64,000 nt of DNA. Origin: Phoronis australis (taxonomy: Eukaryota > Animalia > Phoronida). Shown one piece after another: positions 23,301-33,931 of the stretch (positions are counted from its first letter, which is position 1; each line of letters begins with the position of its first letter). The stretch covers positions 417,961-481,960 of the forward strand of contig NMRA01000308.1 in the NCBI GenBank assembly GCA_002633005.1, written 5' to 3'. Made by a program: the position numbers and the translations under genes. Under the pieces are notes generated by a model. That model made no database searches. It saw only the letters and a program-made list of their open reading frames with translations, and was not told the origin of the DNA.

Positions 23301-26300
23301 TGAAGAGAACTGGGAGTTTACTGTGTAGTTTATGCTCTTTTTATGCGCCCACATTATATGTGGGTGCATGTTGCCGTCATCTCTGTCTGGGTGTCCAGTG
23401 TCCGCGCCTGCATCTTCTAAATCTCTTGCATGAACTTATATTGAAATATGGGAGGTGTGTTCCTATGGGGTTGACGACAAAAGGCGACAACTTTTGGACC
23501 GACCCGAATACCGCTGTGGCCCCTAGTGGCAATTTTAGCTTTATATTTTTGCCTCTGTATCTTCGAAGGTCCTCAACCGATTTTCATGAAATTTGACACA
23601 TGGGCGTCTATTGAAGAGGTGACGCTGTCTTTCCGTTTTCGGATGGATTTGAGGCATTTTGCGCCATCTAGTGGCCATTTTTACGATTTTCGAGTCTGTT
23701 TTTCGGCGTCTGCCCCTCTGTTAACCAAACCACTCTAAGAATGATTGTAAAAATTGGCATATATGTTCTATCTATGAAGAAGATGGTTGACGATGATTTT
23801 GCGACTTTGACTTCTGTGGCGCCTCCTAGTGACAGTTTTGTTTGTTTTTGCACCCATGCCTGTATCTCCTAAACACTCTACAGTATCTTTGTTAAATTTA
23901 GCAAATGTATTTAGATTAAGTTGACAACGGACGATGAAGACTTACGGACAGATCGGTCTACCAGTGTGCCCCCAAGTTGCAATTTAGTTTTTTACATTTA
24001 CCTCTGTATCGTCAAAAGTCCTCAATGGATTTCCTTAAAATTTGACGGAAAGGCATCTATTAGTGAGGTGATGCTAGCCGTTCATTTCGCGGATTGATTC
24101 AAGGTAATTTGTTCCACCTAGTGGCCATTTTTTTTGTTTTTTCGAGTCTGTTTTTGGCGTCCATTCCTCTGTCAACCAAACTACTTTAAGGATGATTGTA
24201 AAATTGGCATGTATGTTCTTACTATGAAGAAGACAATGATTTTCCGACGACTTTGACTACTGTGACGCCTCCTAGTGGCAGTTTTTTCGCCCATATCTGT
24301 AACTCCTAAGCCCTCTGCAAGATCTTTATTAAATTTAAAATGTTCATTTGTACGAGTTAACAATGGTCGGAAGACGAGGACTTTCAGACGGATCCGATGA
24401 ACACTGCCCCCTAGTGGCAATCTCATTTTTTCCGTTTTCCTCTCTTTCTCTAAAATTCCTCAACGAATTTTCATGAAACTTGGTAAATAGCTTTCATTTA
24501 ACGAAACGATGACATTTTCCAGTTTTCAGACAGATTCAACGTATTTTGTGCCATCTAGTAGATATTCTCACTGTTTTCTAGTTTGTTTTTGGCATCCTCG
24601 CTCTGTCAACCAAGCCACTCTTAGGATGATTGTGAAAATTGGCTTATATGTTTTTAGTGTGAAGAGGACGGTTGACAATGATTTTCCGACTTCATTTACT
24701 GTGGCGCCTCCTAATGGCAGTTTTAGATTTTTGCGCCTTTAGCTGTATCTCCTAAGCCCTCTGCAAGATCTGTATTAAATTTTGCAAGTGTATTAAATGA
24801 AGTTGACAACCAAAGACGACAACTTTCAGACAAATTCGATGAACGCTCTTCCCCCTAGTGGTAGTTACATTTTTTCCGTTTTCTGTTTCTATAAAGTTCC
24901 TTGAGACGGATTTTCAAGAAATGTGATAAATAGCTTTCTAATAAAAAATGGCGACTTCCCTTTTTTGATGGATTCGAAATATTTTGCACCATCTAGTGAC
25001 CATTTTTATGACACAAACACCCCTAGAAGCGCACTGTTTGCAGTGCATTTGTGGGCGCATTTCAACGCTCCACGTTGCTCTTGTGTTAACTTTAGACTCT
25101 TTTGTACAAGATGACATCGTGAGTAACTGTTGAATTTGTGCAAAGGTTGTGCTTCACTTCTTTTTGTCAAGTCGTTATCATTTACTGACCTGTTTACCAT
25201 TACGGATTGATAGTGATTTTTATGGAATTTGCACCTTTATTACTGTTTTACGGACAGCTTAGTTTTTTACGGCACTACTCCTGACTTTTTGTTTACCATT
25301 GTTTCCTTATGACGACTTATGGCTATAACTAGAGGCATTTGGTAAACTCCAGCTTGATCGACATCACTCATAAAAATCTGGTATGTTATGTCAGTGAATG
25401 AACCGATCAAAATGCAAGCTTTTCGATTTGACTGGGAGCGTAAGTCATTGTTTGCGTGGGTCGACATATTATGTTTTGATCTTGAAGGAAGACTTGAAGA
25501 CTTGTTGTGAATTAAGTTATGAGTAAAAGGAGTTCTATGGATTCCACGCCGGGTGTGAAGAAAACTAGAGTTGGACAGCGTTACCCTCTCGAATACAAAC
25601 AGATTTGGCCATATTTTGAGCTGTCATAAGGCCCTTTCCCATACAGTTCAGTTAGCTACAATCGAAGCTTCGATGTTAAATTTGTTTAATTCCGGAGTTA
25701 AGCGTGAGTGTTCACACCAACTTCGGAATTATAATTCAGCGCACTTATTGCAGGGCATCGCTAATATGACTCTCACTATTTCCAAATATGGATGGTGCAC
25801 TACCAGTTCTGTGTGTTACTCAAAACTTTCAGTGATTTTTTATTTTTTGTTAAATAAAGAATCCATCAAACACGTGGACAAATTGTAACAGAATGCTTAT
25901 ACTGCCAAAATAACAAATGTTGCAACAAAATATTTACTAGTTACCACCTGCTGTAGGCAAATGCAGTGAAACCTGCCGATAACTCTGATGGCATCGAAGT
26001 TAAGTGTTCTCATTAAACGCCGTCTATTCTTTGCTGTTCAATCCACCTCTTAAATTCAGAGTTAACTAGTTCTGTTAACTTTGATAAAAGACCGATGATA
26101 AATGTTCCCACTGACCAAAGCTTCGGTGGCAGTGGTAAAGGTTTTTAAAAACGGAAACTTTTTTGTGTATTGTAGATATTTATTAAATACTTAACACTGT
26201 TTTGTTAGATGTGTGAAATTGATCGTTGGGTATTCAGTGTGATAATGCAGTCACGCAAAATTGCCGAAAAAAAAAATTACTGACAAAATGCTTGTGCACT

Positions 26301-29300
26301 ACCATAGGCGTGTTGAATGGGTAAACAGGTCGGGATATATTCCACACGGCCTGCTTGATTCTATCGTATGTATATTAATAGCATCTTAAGCTAGCTTTGA
26401 AGAGATTTAGTTTGCATCAACACACATTTATTGAGCTGAAGCTGAACCCCTGTTTTAACCCTGATAACAATTACCTTTATCATTTGATTATTTGGCTTAG
26501 TATGTTTTCTCGACAGCTGGACGTGGGAGGGGACAGTCTGAGAGACGTGTACATGTGAATGAAGCGGAACACATCCAAATCACATGTAACTATTGTGCTT
26601 ATCATTCAGCTCTTTCCATTTTAAAAAGACAATTTTCGTGTCGGATTTTTTCGTACCCAAATTTCCACCATAAATTTTGCTTTAAAAGTTTTTCTTTGCA
26701 TTTTAGCCTTTTATTGAATCGTGCGCAGAAATGTCTGTACTAATGCTTAATAGTCCTTTGATATATTCAAGGAGTATTTTCTTTACTTGTTGAAAGAATG
26801 GGCAGAAATGTCTGAAATCCTCTAGTGCACTCATTTCTATGCATTCTTCTGCAGTGGAGGTTGTATAGACATGTCTGCACTCGATACTTCAAAAGACTGA
26901 CTTAAAGGCAAAATGATAAAATTTTAGGTGCACAAAAAATCTGAAGCGTTTCTGGCACAAAATTGAAATCAATGCAAATTCCCTTTTTAAAATGGAAATG
27001 CTAGTTGTTTTTTGCTATCAGTTTTATGGGTTTACGGTTCTGTAACATGATTTAAAATCACTCTGCGGTCTGTTAGCCAGCTAGGCATGTAGTGACAACC
27101 CTTCACTATTGGCTTATAGTAACTGCAGTACAGGTCACTAATTTTTGTAGAACCAGCTAGAAACAAATTGTCTTTGGTCAGTCGTAAAATTAGAGCAAGT
27201 ACAGTGCTGACTTCAGTACTGACTCTTGTCAAACTATTGGCTGCTGACAAGCCATTTGCAGTCCCAGTTTCATATCGGTCGACTTCTTATTGTTACTCAG
27301 ATTGCCTGTCCATGATTCCATTTTCATTTGAGTCAAGTAGAATAGTCAAGGTGAAAAAAATTAGTGATTGACTTGCCCAAAACAACATAAATGGTTCAAT
27401 ACAAGAAACTAATTTTTTTACTTAGTTGTGTTGTTGAACACTGAACATTTGTCAAAACTGTATGCGTTTCCATTGCACAAGATGGTGTGTTCTTTTTGAC
27501 TTACTGCATTTATTTTTAATGTCATCCAGTAAATACATTTATTGCTACCTGGACCATTTTTCGTCGAACACTGTTGTTCATTGGCCCTGTAATCAGTTTG
27601 CATGTACGCGTTCACTCACCTTTGCAGCCTCATGACTTGGCCAGCTTAAATGCACTGAAATCTCATGTTATGGACAACCTAAAAAAAACTGGTTTTTCAA
27701 TATATTTTCCCTGAACTCCCAGGCTGGCTCTAGGCTGGATGTATTCTGCATGGGATATTACTAAACACAAACTGAGAGCAATCACGCTTGCGGCTGTCTT
27801 CACATCACCTAAAGTTAGAATCTGGTAGATGGGCAAGAGTCCCAAGGGACCAGAGAATGTGCCAATGTGGAGAAATTCAGACAGAAGATTGTGTATTACT
27901 TTTTTATTCACCAGTGTTCTGTGAATCTGTTTACATGTATGTTAGCGTGTTCGTAAAAATCCTTGTTAGGCCTGTTTATCAATTGTTTTTTACAGTCCTA
28001 AGTAAGTTGTTAACCTGAGGATAAGATCAGTGTGGTCAATACAGTAACAACAGCACTGTCCGAAAATTTCTTAAAGCAAATAATGATCTAGTAATTGGCC
28101 CCTGAGGACAATCCGTGTGATCCCAATTGGTCATCAAGTCTTGGTGACTTGATATCCGCCCCAGGTGATGGCCACAGTGATGGCTGGTATAGCGACTCCA
28201 TGCAAACCATTGCTTGTCTCCAGTCAGAGTTGGCTATATGACCTGTTGATGACTCATCGCCTACAAAAATTTGTGACCTTTGCTGTATGTGGTAGTGCTC
28301 TTGTCCAATTTGGAAGTCAAACCAATATCAATCATTACTTATGCATGAGCTAAGACCGCCTCCTGCCCTTTACACTAGGTGGCTACTGTCTCAATAATGA
28401 CAAACTGATTTACTTAAGCATGTGTGAACCATTGTTCTTAACATCAATCACCAGGTGGAGCATGTTAGGATAGTACCTGCATAACCATTTATTTGTTGCT
28501 ATCCACTGATCCATCAACTAACAGCTAAAGTTTGGTTGCAGTGTTTCTTATAAATGTAGATAGGAGAAAATGATGGATCTGTTGAAATACCTTTTCATAA
28601 CTTGGTCATTCGGCTGGGGATTAGCAGATAGTAACCTTAAATTTTTGCCTTGTGCTGCTTTCCAAAAGTCGTTATTTTCTCATCATTCAAACCATAGGCC
28701 AACAGAGGTTTGTCTGATTCTGTCAATAATTTGTATTGTCAGCTGAAAAAGTGTAGTACTATTGTCGTTTATTACTGCAGTGAGAAGAGACCAGGGTCGT
28801 CGCCGTAGGAATGATGATGAAGGTACCATATTTGACACTCACGAGGTATCGGATGTCACCAGCCAGGATCAAGGTATGGGCTTATCTCCTTATTGAATTT
28901 GATTTCCCTTTTTTGTTGCTCAAAATGGAGCTTTCAACCACAACAAGGTCTGCTTTGCAAATTGGACGAAAACTATCTTTGAACTCAAAACTGGTTGTAC
29001 TGGCTAGTAGTTCAAACTTCCTTCCCGGTGCCTGGTCTATTAGTTTATTGCATCTAACACCAGTAACACTGATTTATTCATTATTGGCTTCTCAAAACAT
29101 TTGCACTCACGAACACTCCAAAGGCATCACAGATTGTATTTAATGTGACAGACATTATTTCAGCTTTTTTGAAGCATTGTTTACTGTGAGAATAATTTGT
29201 TAGACGAGTGCTCATCCGATAAAGATTTCACAGGTAGATCGTTAGGTTTCACAGGCTATCAGTTCGAACCGGAGCACACTGATCCAGAAATACTACAAAG

Positions 29301-32014
29301 GCGCCGTGAAAATGCACAGACAACGGAACATATGGATAATTTCGAAAACCGTTTGAATGACTTGTCATGGTGTCAGTATGCTAACTGTACGATAATGGAA
29401 ATGACTGACGCTTCTGTTGGCTGCCATGAAATTCCGCAAGTGAAACACCTTCTTGGAGAAGCACAGAAGTGTCTCACAGACCATCCTGATTTTGCACCGC
29501 ATCTCAGTGAACCGAGGTCTGCTTACGAAATTTTTGGGGCTGGGAAAAAGAAGTGGTGAAAATGTTCAGAGGACCAATCAGAAGCCTGACAAACGAGTCA
29601 GTCATCAAACAAGTTATATAAAACGTTATGTTCTCATGCCTTGAATTAATTGTAACTATTTATGTGTCTATGGCCATCTACAGTTCTCCATAATCAAAAA
29701 CTGATCAACAACCAATCCGCGTTCCTTTGGCCTCCTGCCTGCCGAACGCAAACACACTAGGCACAACATGTGACTTCAGCCACAGTCTCTTTTTCTGCCC
29801 TGGCATGAGCTGTGTAGTAAGCCAGCATTCCATAGTCAGTCAAATCTTTGTCGACGAAATGCTGGCCAGACACGGAGAAGTTTCACGGCCTCATACTCGA
29901 TATTAACGGCGTGCTTTTCATTTTTCACTACCACAAGCCACTTCCGAAGCATTATGGGCTCACGAGGAAATCAAAAAAACAATATACCCGCTTTCCTCGC
30001 AGCTTCGTAGTTCGCACAAGCGGGAATGATACACCACACCATAGCGACACTCACTCTACTGAAGAACCACTGATATTTATTGAACTGATGCTAAACAATG
30101 AAAGTCTATTGCAGACTAACAACATCACAATTTTGAGACATGTGGTTGTGTTAAGTATGAATGCAGAAGTCAGAAGAAAATTATTGTGACGTAGCTGGTT
30201 TACATGTGTGGAAGGATTTGTTATATTGACTTCTTTCAGTGTAAACTTCGCCATCGGAGTGGGAGCCAGAGGCTGGTTTACATGAATACATATACATAGA
30301 CGCATACATACATACATTACATACATACATTCATTACATACATACGTACATTACATACATACGTACATTACATACATACGTACATTACATGCATACGTAC
30401 ATTACATACGTACGTACATTACATACATACGTACATTACATACATACGTACATTACATACATACGTACATTGCATAAATACATGCTGTACATACATATAT
30501 CACTATAATTTGACAGTAATCTTTCTCGTATTTCATTGAAGACGCGACTTTGATCTGGTTTTACTAGTTTAATTTCAGTTCTTTCCAAATCTCTAAATAG
30601 AGATCTTGTCTTTACATCACAACAGTGTAATAAAAATCCAAACGACATTATCAGTAGGTAACATAATTTAAAAAGCGATATTTCGAAACACATTTCTCAT
30701 CTTCTGGCTACTATTTACAACTAGTTCACAGTGAAACGCACACCAGAAACGACAAATGCAATATAACACGTGAAGTTGGCATGCACAACTATGACGATAA
30801 AAACACCCATATATAAATATACATACGTTGCTGTGCAACATAATGTACAAATCACCTAAATAATGATAGTTTCCTTCGAGTTCCAGTTAGCTGCTCATTC
30901 AAACTGGGTTTTTCAAACATTATTAAAAGTGACTGTAATGTGTTCATAACCTGTGTACATCATTTTCAATGTGTCTAATGACTATTGTCAACAACAGTCT
31001 CCTGTCTTTGAGTTATCTTAAGCCGTTTTGTAAATGCATTGAAAGTCGTTGTGACAAGGAACACACTGTGTATTACACTGTGTATTACACTGTGTATTAC
31101 ACTGTGTATTACACTGTGTATTACACTGTGTATTACACTGCCACTTTCACACGCACGCACAACTAGTTCTTTGTATAATAATAATCAATTACGCACCACA
31201 AGTTGGTAAATAGTGTTTTTGAGGTGTACATTTTATTGTTCTAGAGAGCGTTTCTTCATTTGATGGAGGACAGAATGACAACCAAAGTGCACGCCGCCGG
31301 CGAAAGCGCACCAAGAACCGCCAGTATGGCGCAGGTATGAATGGCCCCACTTCAGGCACAGAGACGGATACAAGTGTGTCAAACAACCGAGGTCGTACAC
31401 GTGATCCCGTCAATAGCAGTATCAATGACTCAAGTGAGCCTGTACAAGACCAGACTGCCTCAAGTGCCAGCGCCAGTGGGGCTTCCCTCCAGGAAGGAAG
31501 TAAGCGACAGTATGGGAAACCGCCCAGGAACAGAGGTGGAGATCGGAATCAGAGAGGGGCCCGGCAGTACAATCCTGGAATTGGAGTGGGGAAAAGCAGT
31601 GCAGCACAAAAATCAAAAACTGAGAAGCCACAACAGACCAGCCAAAGTGGCGAGTCACAGGATGGAGCAAAGGGTGCCAAGGAGAGTGTAAACAAGTCTA
31701 AGGGAACAAACAAGGCCCCGGCCACTGGAGGCACCGGAGGGTCACAAGTTGACTCTAATAGTGCAGGTGGCGAGAACTTGACAAAGTCTGATCCGTCTAA
31801 ACCAGTTGAGGCAACAAAACACAATGGGGAAGTGGGTACAAAAGGTTCTGTAAAGTCAGAGATCAGTACACCAAGAAATGCTGCAAGAAAGCAGCGGGAG
31901 CCTCGTGCCTCTCGCGGTGCTCACAGCGGCAGTGAATCGGACAAGACGGGCAAGGTGCCTACTGGCAAGGAGTCAGTGTCAGCCAAGAGTGCAGAGATGG
32001 TGAACGGGGAATAG
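11208..32014 (+). CDS. FMR1: Fragile X messenger ribonucleoprotein family gene (FMR1/FXR ortholog), 5'-partial; join 11208-11304,12870-13024,14008-14073,15756-15966,17723-17896,18622-18700,20215-20414,21065-21168,22539-22633,23116-23271,28781-28873,31245-32014
   Basis: Twelve AG/GT-bounded exons with mutually compatible phases (2200 nt = 1 + 733 codons including stop). The translation has FMRP hallmarks: WQPER, VYSR...[15 protein letters not shown] (KH1), [27 protein letters not shown] (KH2), [15 protein letters not shown] and terminal MVNGE*. Confidence 0.95.
12870..13024 (+). CDS. FMR1: FMR1 exon, second Agenet/Tudor repeat ([48 protein letters not shown])
   Basis: ttccag|GTG ... ACC AA|gtgagt; close to FMRP [30 protein letters not shown]. 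Confidence 0.95.
13285..13915. repeat. 48-bp minisatellite x~13
   Basis: AGTAAATGGTAGTGTACAACTTCACTGTCTTGCCTGTGTCAACAAACA, with two variant blocks. Confidence 0.93.
14008..14073 (+). CDS. FMR1: FMR1 exon ([21 protein letters not shown])
   Basis: cttcag|...|gtaagt, phase 2-2; resembles FMRP ATKDTFHKIKLDVPEDLRQ. Confidence 0.9.
15756..15966 (+). CDS. FMR1: FMR1 exon, KH0 region ([14 protein letters not shown]...[28 protein letters not shown])
   Basis: tttcaag|...|gtaagt; HKDFRKA and DMH..LR.K motifs of FMRP. Confidence 0.93.
17723..17896 (+). CDS. FMR1: FMR1 exon, KH1 ([27 protein letters not shown]...TCTFRICGE)
   Basis: tttcag|ACA...GAG|gtacta; GxxG loop IGTHG. Confidence 0.96.
17938..18236. 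repeat. 59-bp tandem x5
   Basis: CATCACCCAACTCATTTTGTTCCCACCTTCACTGTTCATATTCTGAATGACACCAGCGG. Confidence 0.93.
18622..18700 (+). CDS. FMR1: FMR1 exon, KH1/KH2 junction ([26 protein letters not shown])
   Basis: ttattag|ACT...GTC G|gtaagt; matches FMRP [23 protein letters not shown]. Confidence 0.94.
18876..19382. repeat. 39-bp minisatellite x13
   Basis: TTTGTTATTACTTGTTCTCCTGCAGTTACAACCCA(T/G). Confidence 0.94.
19661..19810. repeat. Inverted repeat (~68-bp arms) with degenerate hammerhead-like cores
   Basis: 19661-19728 is the approximate reverse complement of 19744-19810; arms contain (C/T)TGATGA...(G/A)AAA. Confidence 0.6.
20215..20414 (+). CDS. FMR1: FMR1 exon, KH2 ([29 protein letters not shown]...[27 protein letters not shown])
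   Basis: tttcag|...|gttagt; GKNG loop and VPFxFVGT motif. Confidence 0.96.
21065..21168 (+). CDS. FMR1: FMR1 exon, region aligning with the FMRP NES ([21 protein letters not shown]...PPPREMR)
   Basis: gtccag|GAT...CGT GG|gtaagt; similar to FMRP [20 protein letters not shown]. Confidence 0.92.
22539..22633 (+). CDS. FMR1: FMR1 exon, RG-rich ([31 protein letters not shown])
   Basis: tcacag|T GGC...TCA G|gtaagt, phase 2-1 fits neighbours; RGG box. Confidence 0.88.
23116..23271 (+). CDS. FMR1: FMR1 exon ([19 protein letters not shown]...[18 protein letters not shown])
   Basis: ttacag|TG...TCT T|gtaagt; DWS motif plus RG repeats typical of FXR C-terminal regions. Confidence 0.88.
23339..25083 (+). 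mobile_element. HINE copy, full-length, ~11 subunits
   Basis: Begins TTTTTATGCGCCCACattatatGTGGGTGCAT, ends GTGGGCGCATTTCAACGctccaCGTTGCTCTTG; same internal array. Confidence 0.8.
27760..27910 (+). mobile_element. Non-LTR retrotransposon ORF2 C-terminal fragment
   Basis: [36 protein letters not shown] matches the RxSxHxLxIExGRW...RxCxCxxxxxExH zinc-knuckle motif. Confidence 0.65.
28781..28873 (+). CDS. FMR1: FMR1 exon ([30 protein letters not shown])
   Basis: ctgcag|TG...CAA G|gtatgg, phase 1-1; resembles FXR1 [25 protein letters not shown]. Confidence 0.85.
29197..29559 (+). pseudogene. P2X7 ballast-like (KolX-type) cysteine-rich domain relic
   Basis: GYQFEPE...[14 protein letters not shown]....SVGCHE...CLTDHPDF matches the YxFEP / WCxCxxC / CCxE / CIxxHPxF pattern with some Cys lost. 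Confidence 0.7.
29845..30042 (-). pseudogene. THAP zinc-finger relic (transposase N-terminus)
   Basis: [11 protein letters not shown]...[16 protein letters not shown]...[10 protein letters not shown]: CxxPxC, FP, W and HF of THAP, with one stop and one frameshift. Confidence 0.7.
30285..30498. repeat. (TACA)n / TACATTACATACATACG microsatellite
   Basis: direct inspection. Confidence 0.9.
30500..30715 (-). mobile_element. Penelope-like element pLTR/N-terminal relic abutting a (TACA)n microsatellite
   Basis: MSFGFLL...[16 protein letters not shown]...[16 protein letters not shown] resembles the PLE N-terminus (R.LE....K......FN..C..E.LLP.Y..I), directly followed by the microsatellite. Confidence 0.5.
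31063..31140. repeat. 12-bp tandem x~6
   Basis: ACACTGTGTATT. Confidence 0.9.
31245..32014 (+). CDS. FMR1: FMR1 terminal coding exon (ESVSSFDGG...RRRRKR...low-complexity...EMVNGE*)
   Basis: ttctag|AG AGC...; in frame with ORF 31337-32014; ends in the VNG motif seen at FMR1/FXR1 C-termini. Confidence 0.9.
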
Positions 32015-32754
32015 TTAAAAGAGTGCAGCCATCGTGGACTGTCTATTTAGTTCAGTTGTCAACATTTGCATTGACATTTGCCATTTTGTTTTTGTACCCT
32101 CTGACAATGCTGGATGGGTTCGTTTTAAATGTGATCAAACAAGGTCAAGGATTATTGTTGCCTTGCCATTACTGTAATCTCAATTAAAATTACAACAATT
32201 TTGTGCGTTCGTCTTGTTTGTTTGCGCGTGTGTGTGTACATAGTGATCATAGGTTTATTATTAACTTATTTGTTCAAGATGCAAGCAATATTTAAATTAT
32301 TCAGTCCATTGTGATATTGTTACTGTTGATTACTACTTAATGTTGATGTTTTGCTCAAGACAAAACAGTTACTCTGTCTGCTGGTCTACACTTGGTAAAG
32401 CGAGTTGGGCAGGATCACGCAAGACTTTATATAATATTGCTATGCATCACAGGCGAAGCGCGTGATCTTACAAGCTGTGACTTGTGATTACCTTGCATTA
32501 TGGAACAGGTCCCTGGTCATAAACATGGAAGTAGCCTTATCATTCAATGGCTGGTTCTGTGTGCGGTGGTCTAGTTGAGTGTTTAAACTTTAAGAATTGT
32601 CTACAGTGGTGCATAACTCTGTCAAAGTGTGCTGGTTTAGGATTTAGGTTAAGAAAATGTTTATGTTTTGTTAAAACGGTTGAAAGTGCACTTAGTCTTG
32701 GCTACATGTTTCTTTGTTTTACCATAGATTGAAGTATAGGTGGTGTGACATGGT

Positions 32755-33068
32755 AGGTATGTATCACTGTCAGTATGCATCACTCTCAGTATGCATCAGT
32801 GTCAGTATGCATCACTGTCAGTATGCATCACTCTCAGTATGCATCACTGTCAGTATGCATCACTGTCAGTATGCATCACTCTCAGTGTGCATCACTGTCA
32901 GTGTGCATCACTGTCGGTATGCATCACTGTCAGTATACATCACTGTCAGTATGCATCACTGTCAGTATGCATCACTCTCAGTGTGCATCACTCTCAGTAT
33001 GCATCACTCTCAGTATGCATCACTGTCAGTATGCATCACTGTCAGTATGCATCACTCTCAGTATGCAC
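32755..33068. repeat. 16-bp minisatellite x~19 in the presumptive FMR1 3'UTR
   Basis: CAGTATGCATCACT(G/C)T. Confidence 0.93.
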
Positions 33069-33925
33069 CTTGTTGCCCTGTTATTCCTGTTTACAAAGAG
33101 AATGGTTGGAACAGATGCCTTTTCATCTGTATTACAGGAGGCTCAAAAATGCAGAAATTAAATCGCGTTTTGGATTTGACCTTTCTTTGATATTTTATTT
33201 TAACCTGTTTTAAAGCACATTCTAGTGCCTAAAGAAACTAAAATTGAAAAGGATTACATAGAATTGTTAGAATGCCTTGGTTAGGCCATGTTGGTTTGAT
33301 GGCTGAAACTAGCACACCGTGAAAAGCAAACTTGATGAGCCTAGTCTGAAATACTAATAGTCTGTTAGTTCTTGGTGAGCCTAGCAATCACTTTGAACAT
33401 GTGTGAGGAACAAGATTTGAGTGCAAGTGATTTAATTCAGAACTTGTTTGTCTCTTTTAAAGCAGCTGCCCACTATTGGATGTCCTGATAATTTTTGTCG
33501 TGTCACATGCAGTGTTACAGTTTTGTCGTCTTCCGTTATAGTAAAACGACTTGTGCTCAAATCTTAGGTGTGGATGAGTGAAATCTACAAAGACTAATCT
33601 GTCGTTGCCATTTTCAGAAAATTCTTTGTTTCATGTCTTGAACACTGACAGCTGGTAGAAACATGGTGAACTATATTGTAAGAAGCTTCAGGTGGTTTTT
33701 TCAACAGTGCAAACGATGCCGTCTTGCATATTAAAATGTAGCATAAACATGCAGTTTTTTCTAGAATGTTAGTTGTTTGTACATAACTGTGTTGGTTTTC
33801 AAAAAATGTTAGAGTACAGTTCATTTGTTTTTCAGAAATGCATGCTGGGTCTGTTGTTTCAATGACAGTGGTCCCAGGGTTTCTTCACGAATCCTATAGT
33901 TAACTCATACAGTGGTTTGCAAATT

Positions 33926-33931
33926 AATAAA
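33926..33931 (+). other. Candidate polyadenylation signal for FMR1 3'UTR
   Basis: AATAAA about 1.9 kb after the stop, following a U-rich UTR-like stretch; not unique (another at ~34657). Confidence 0.35.
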
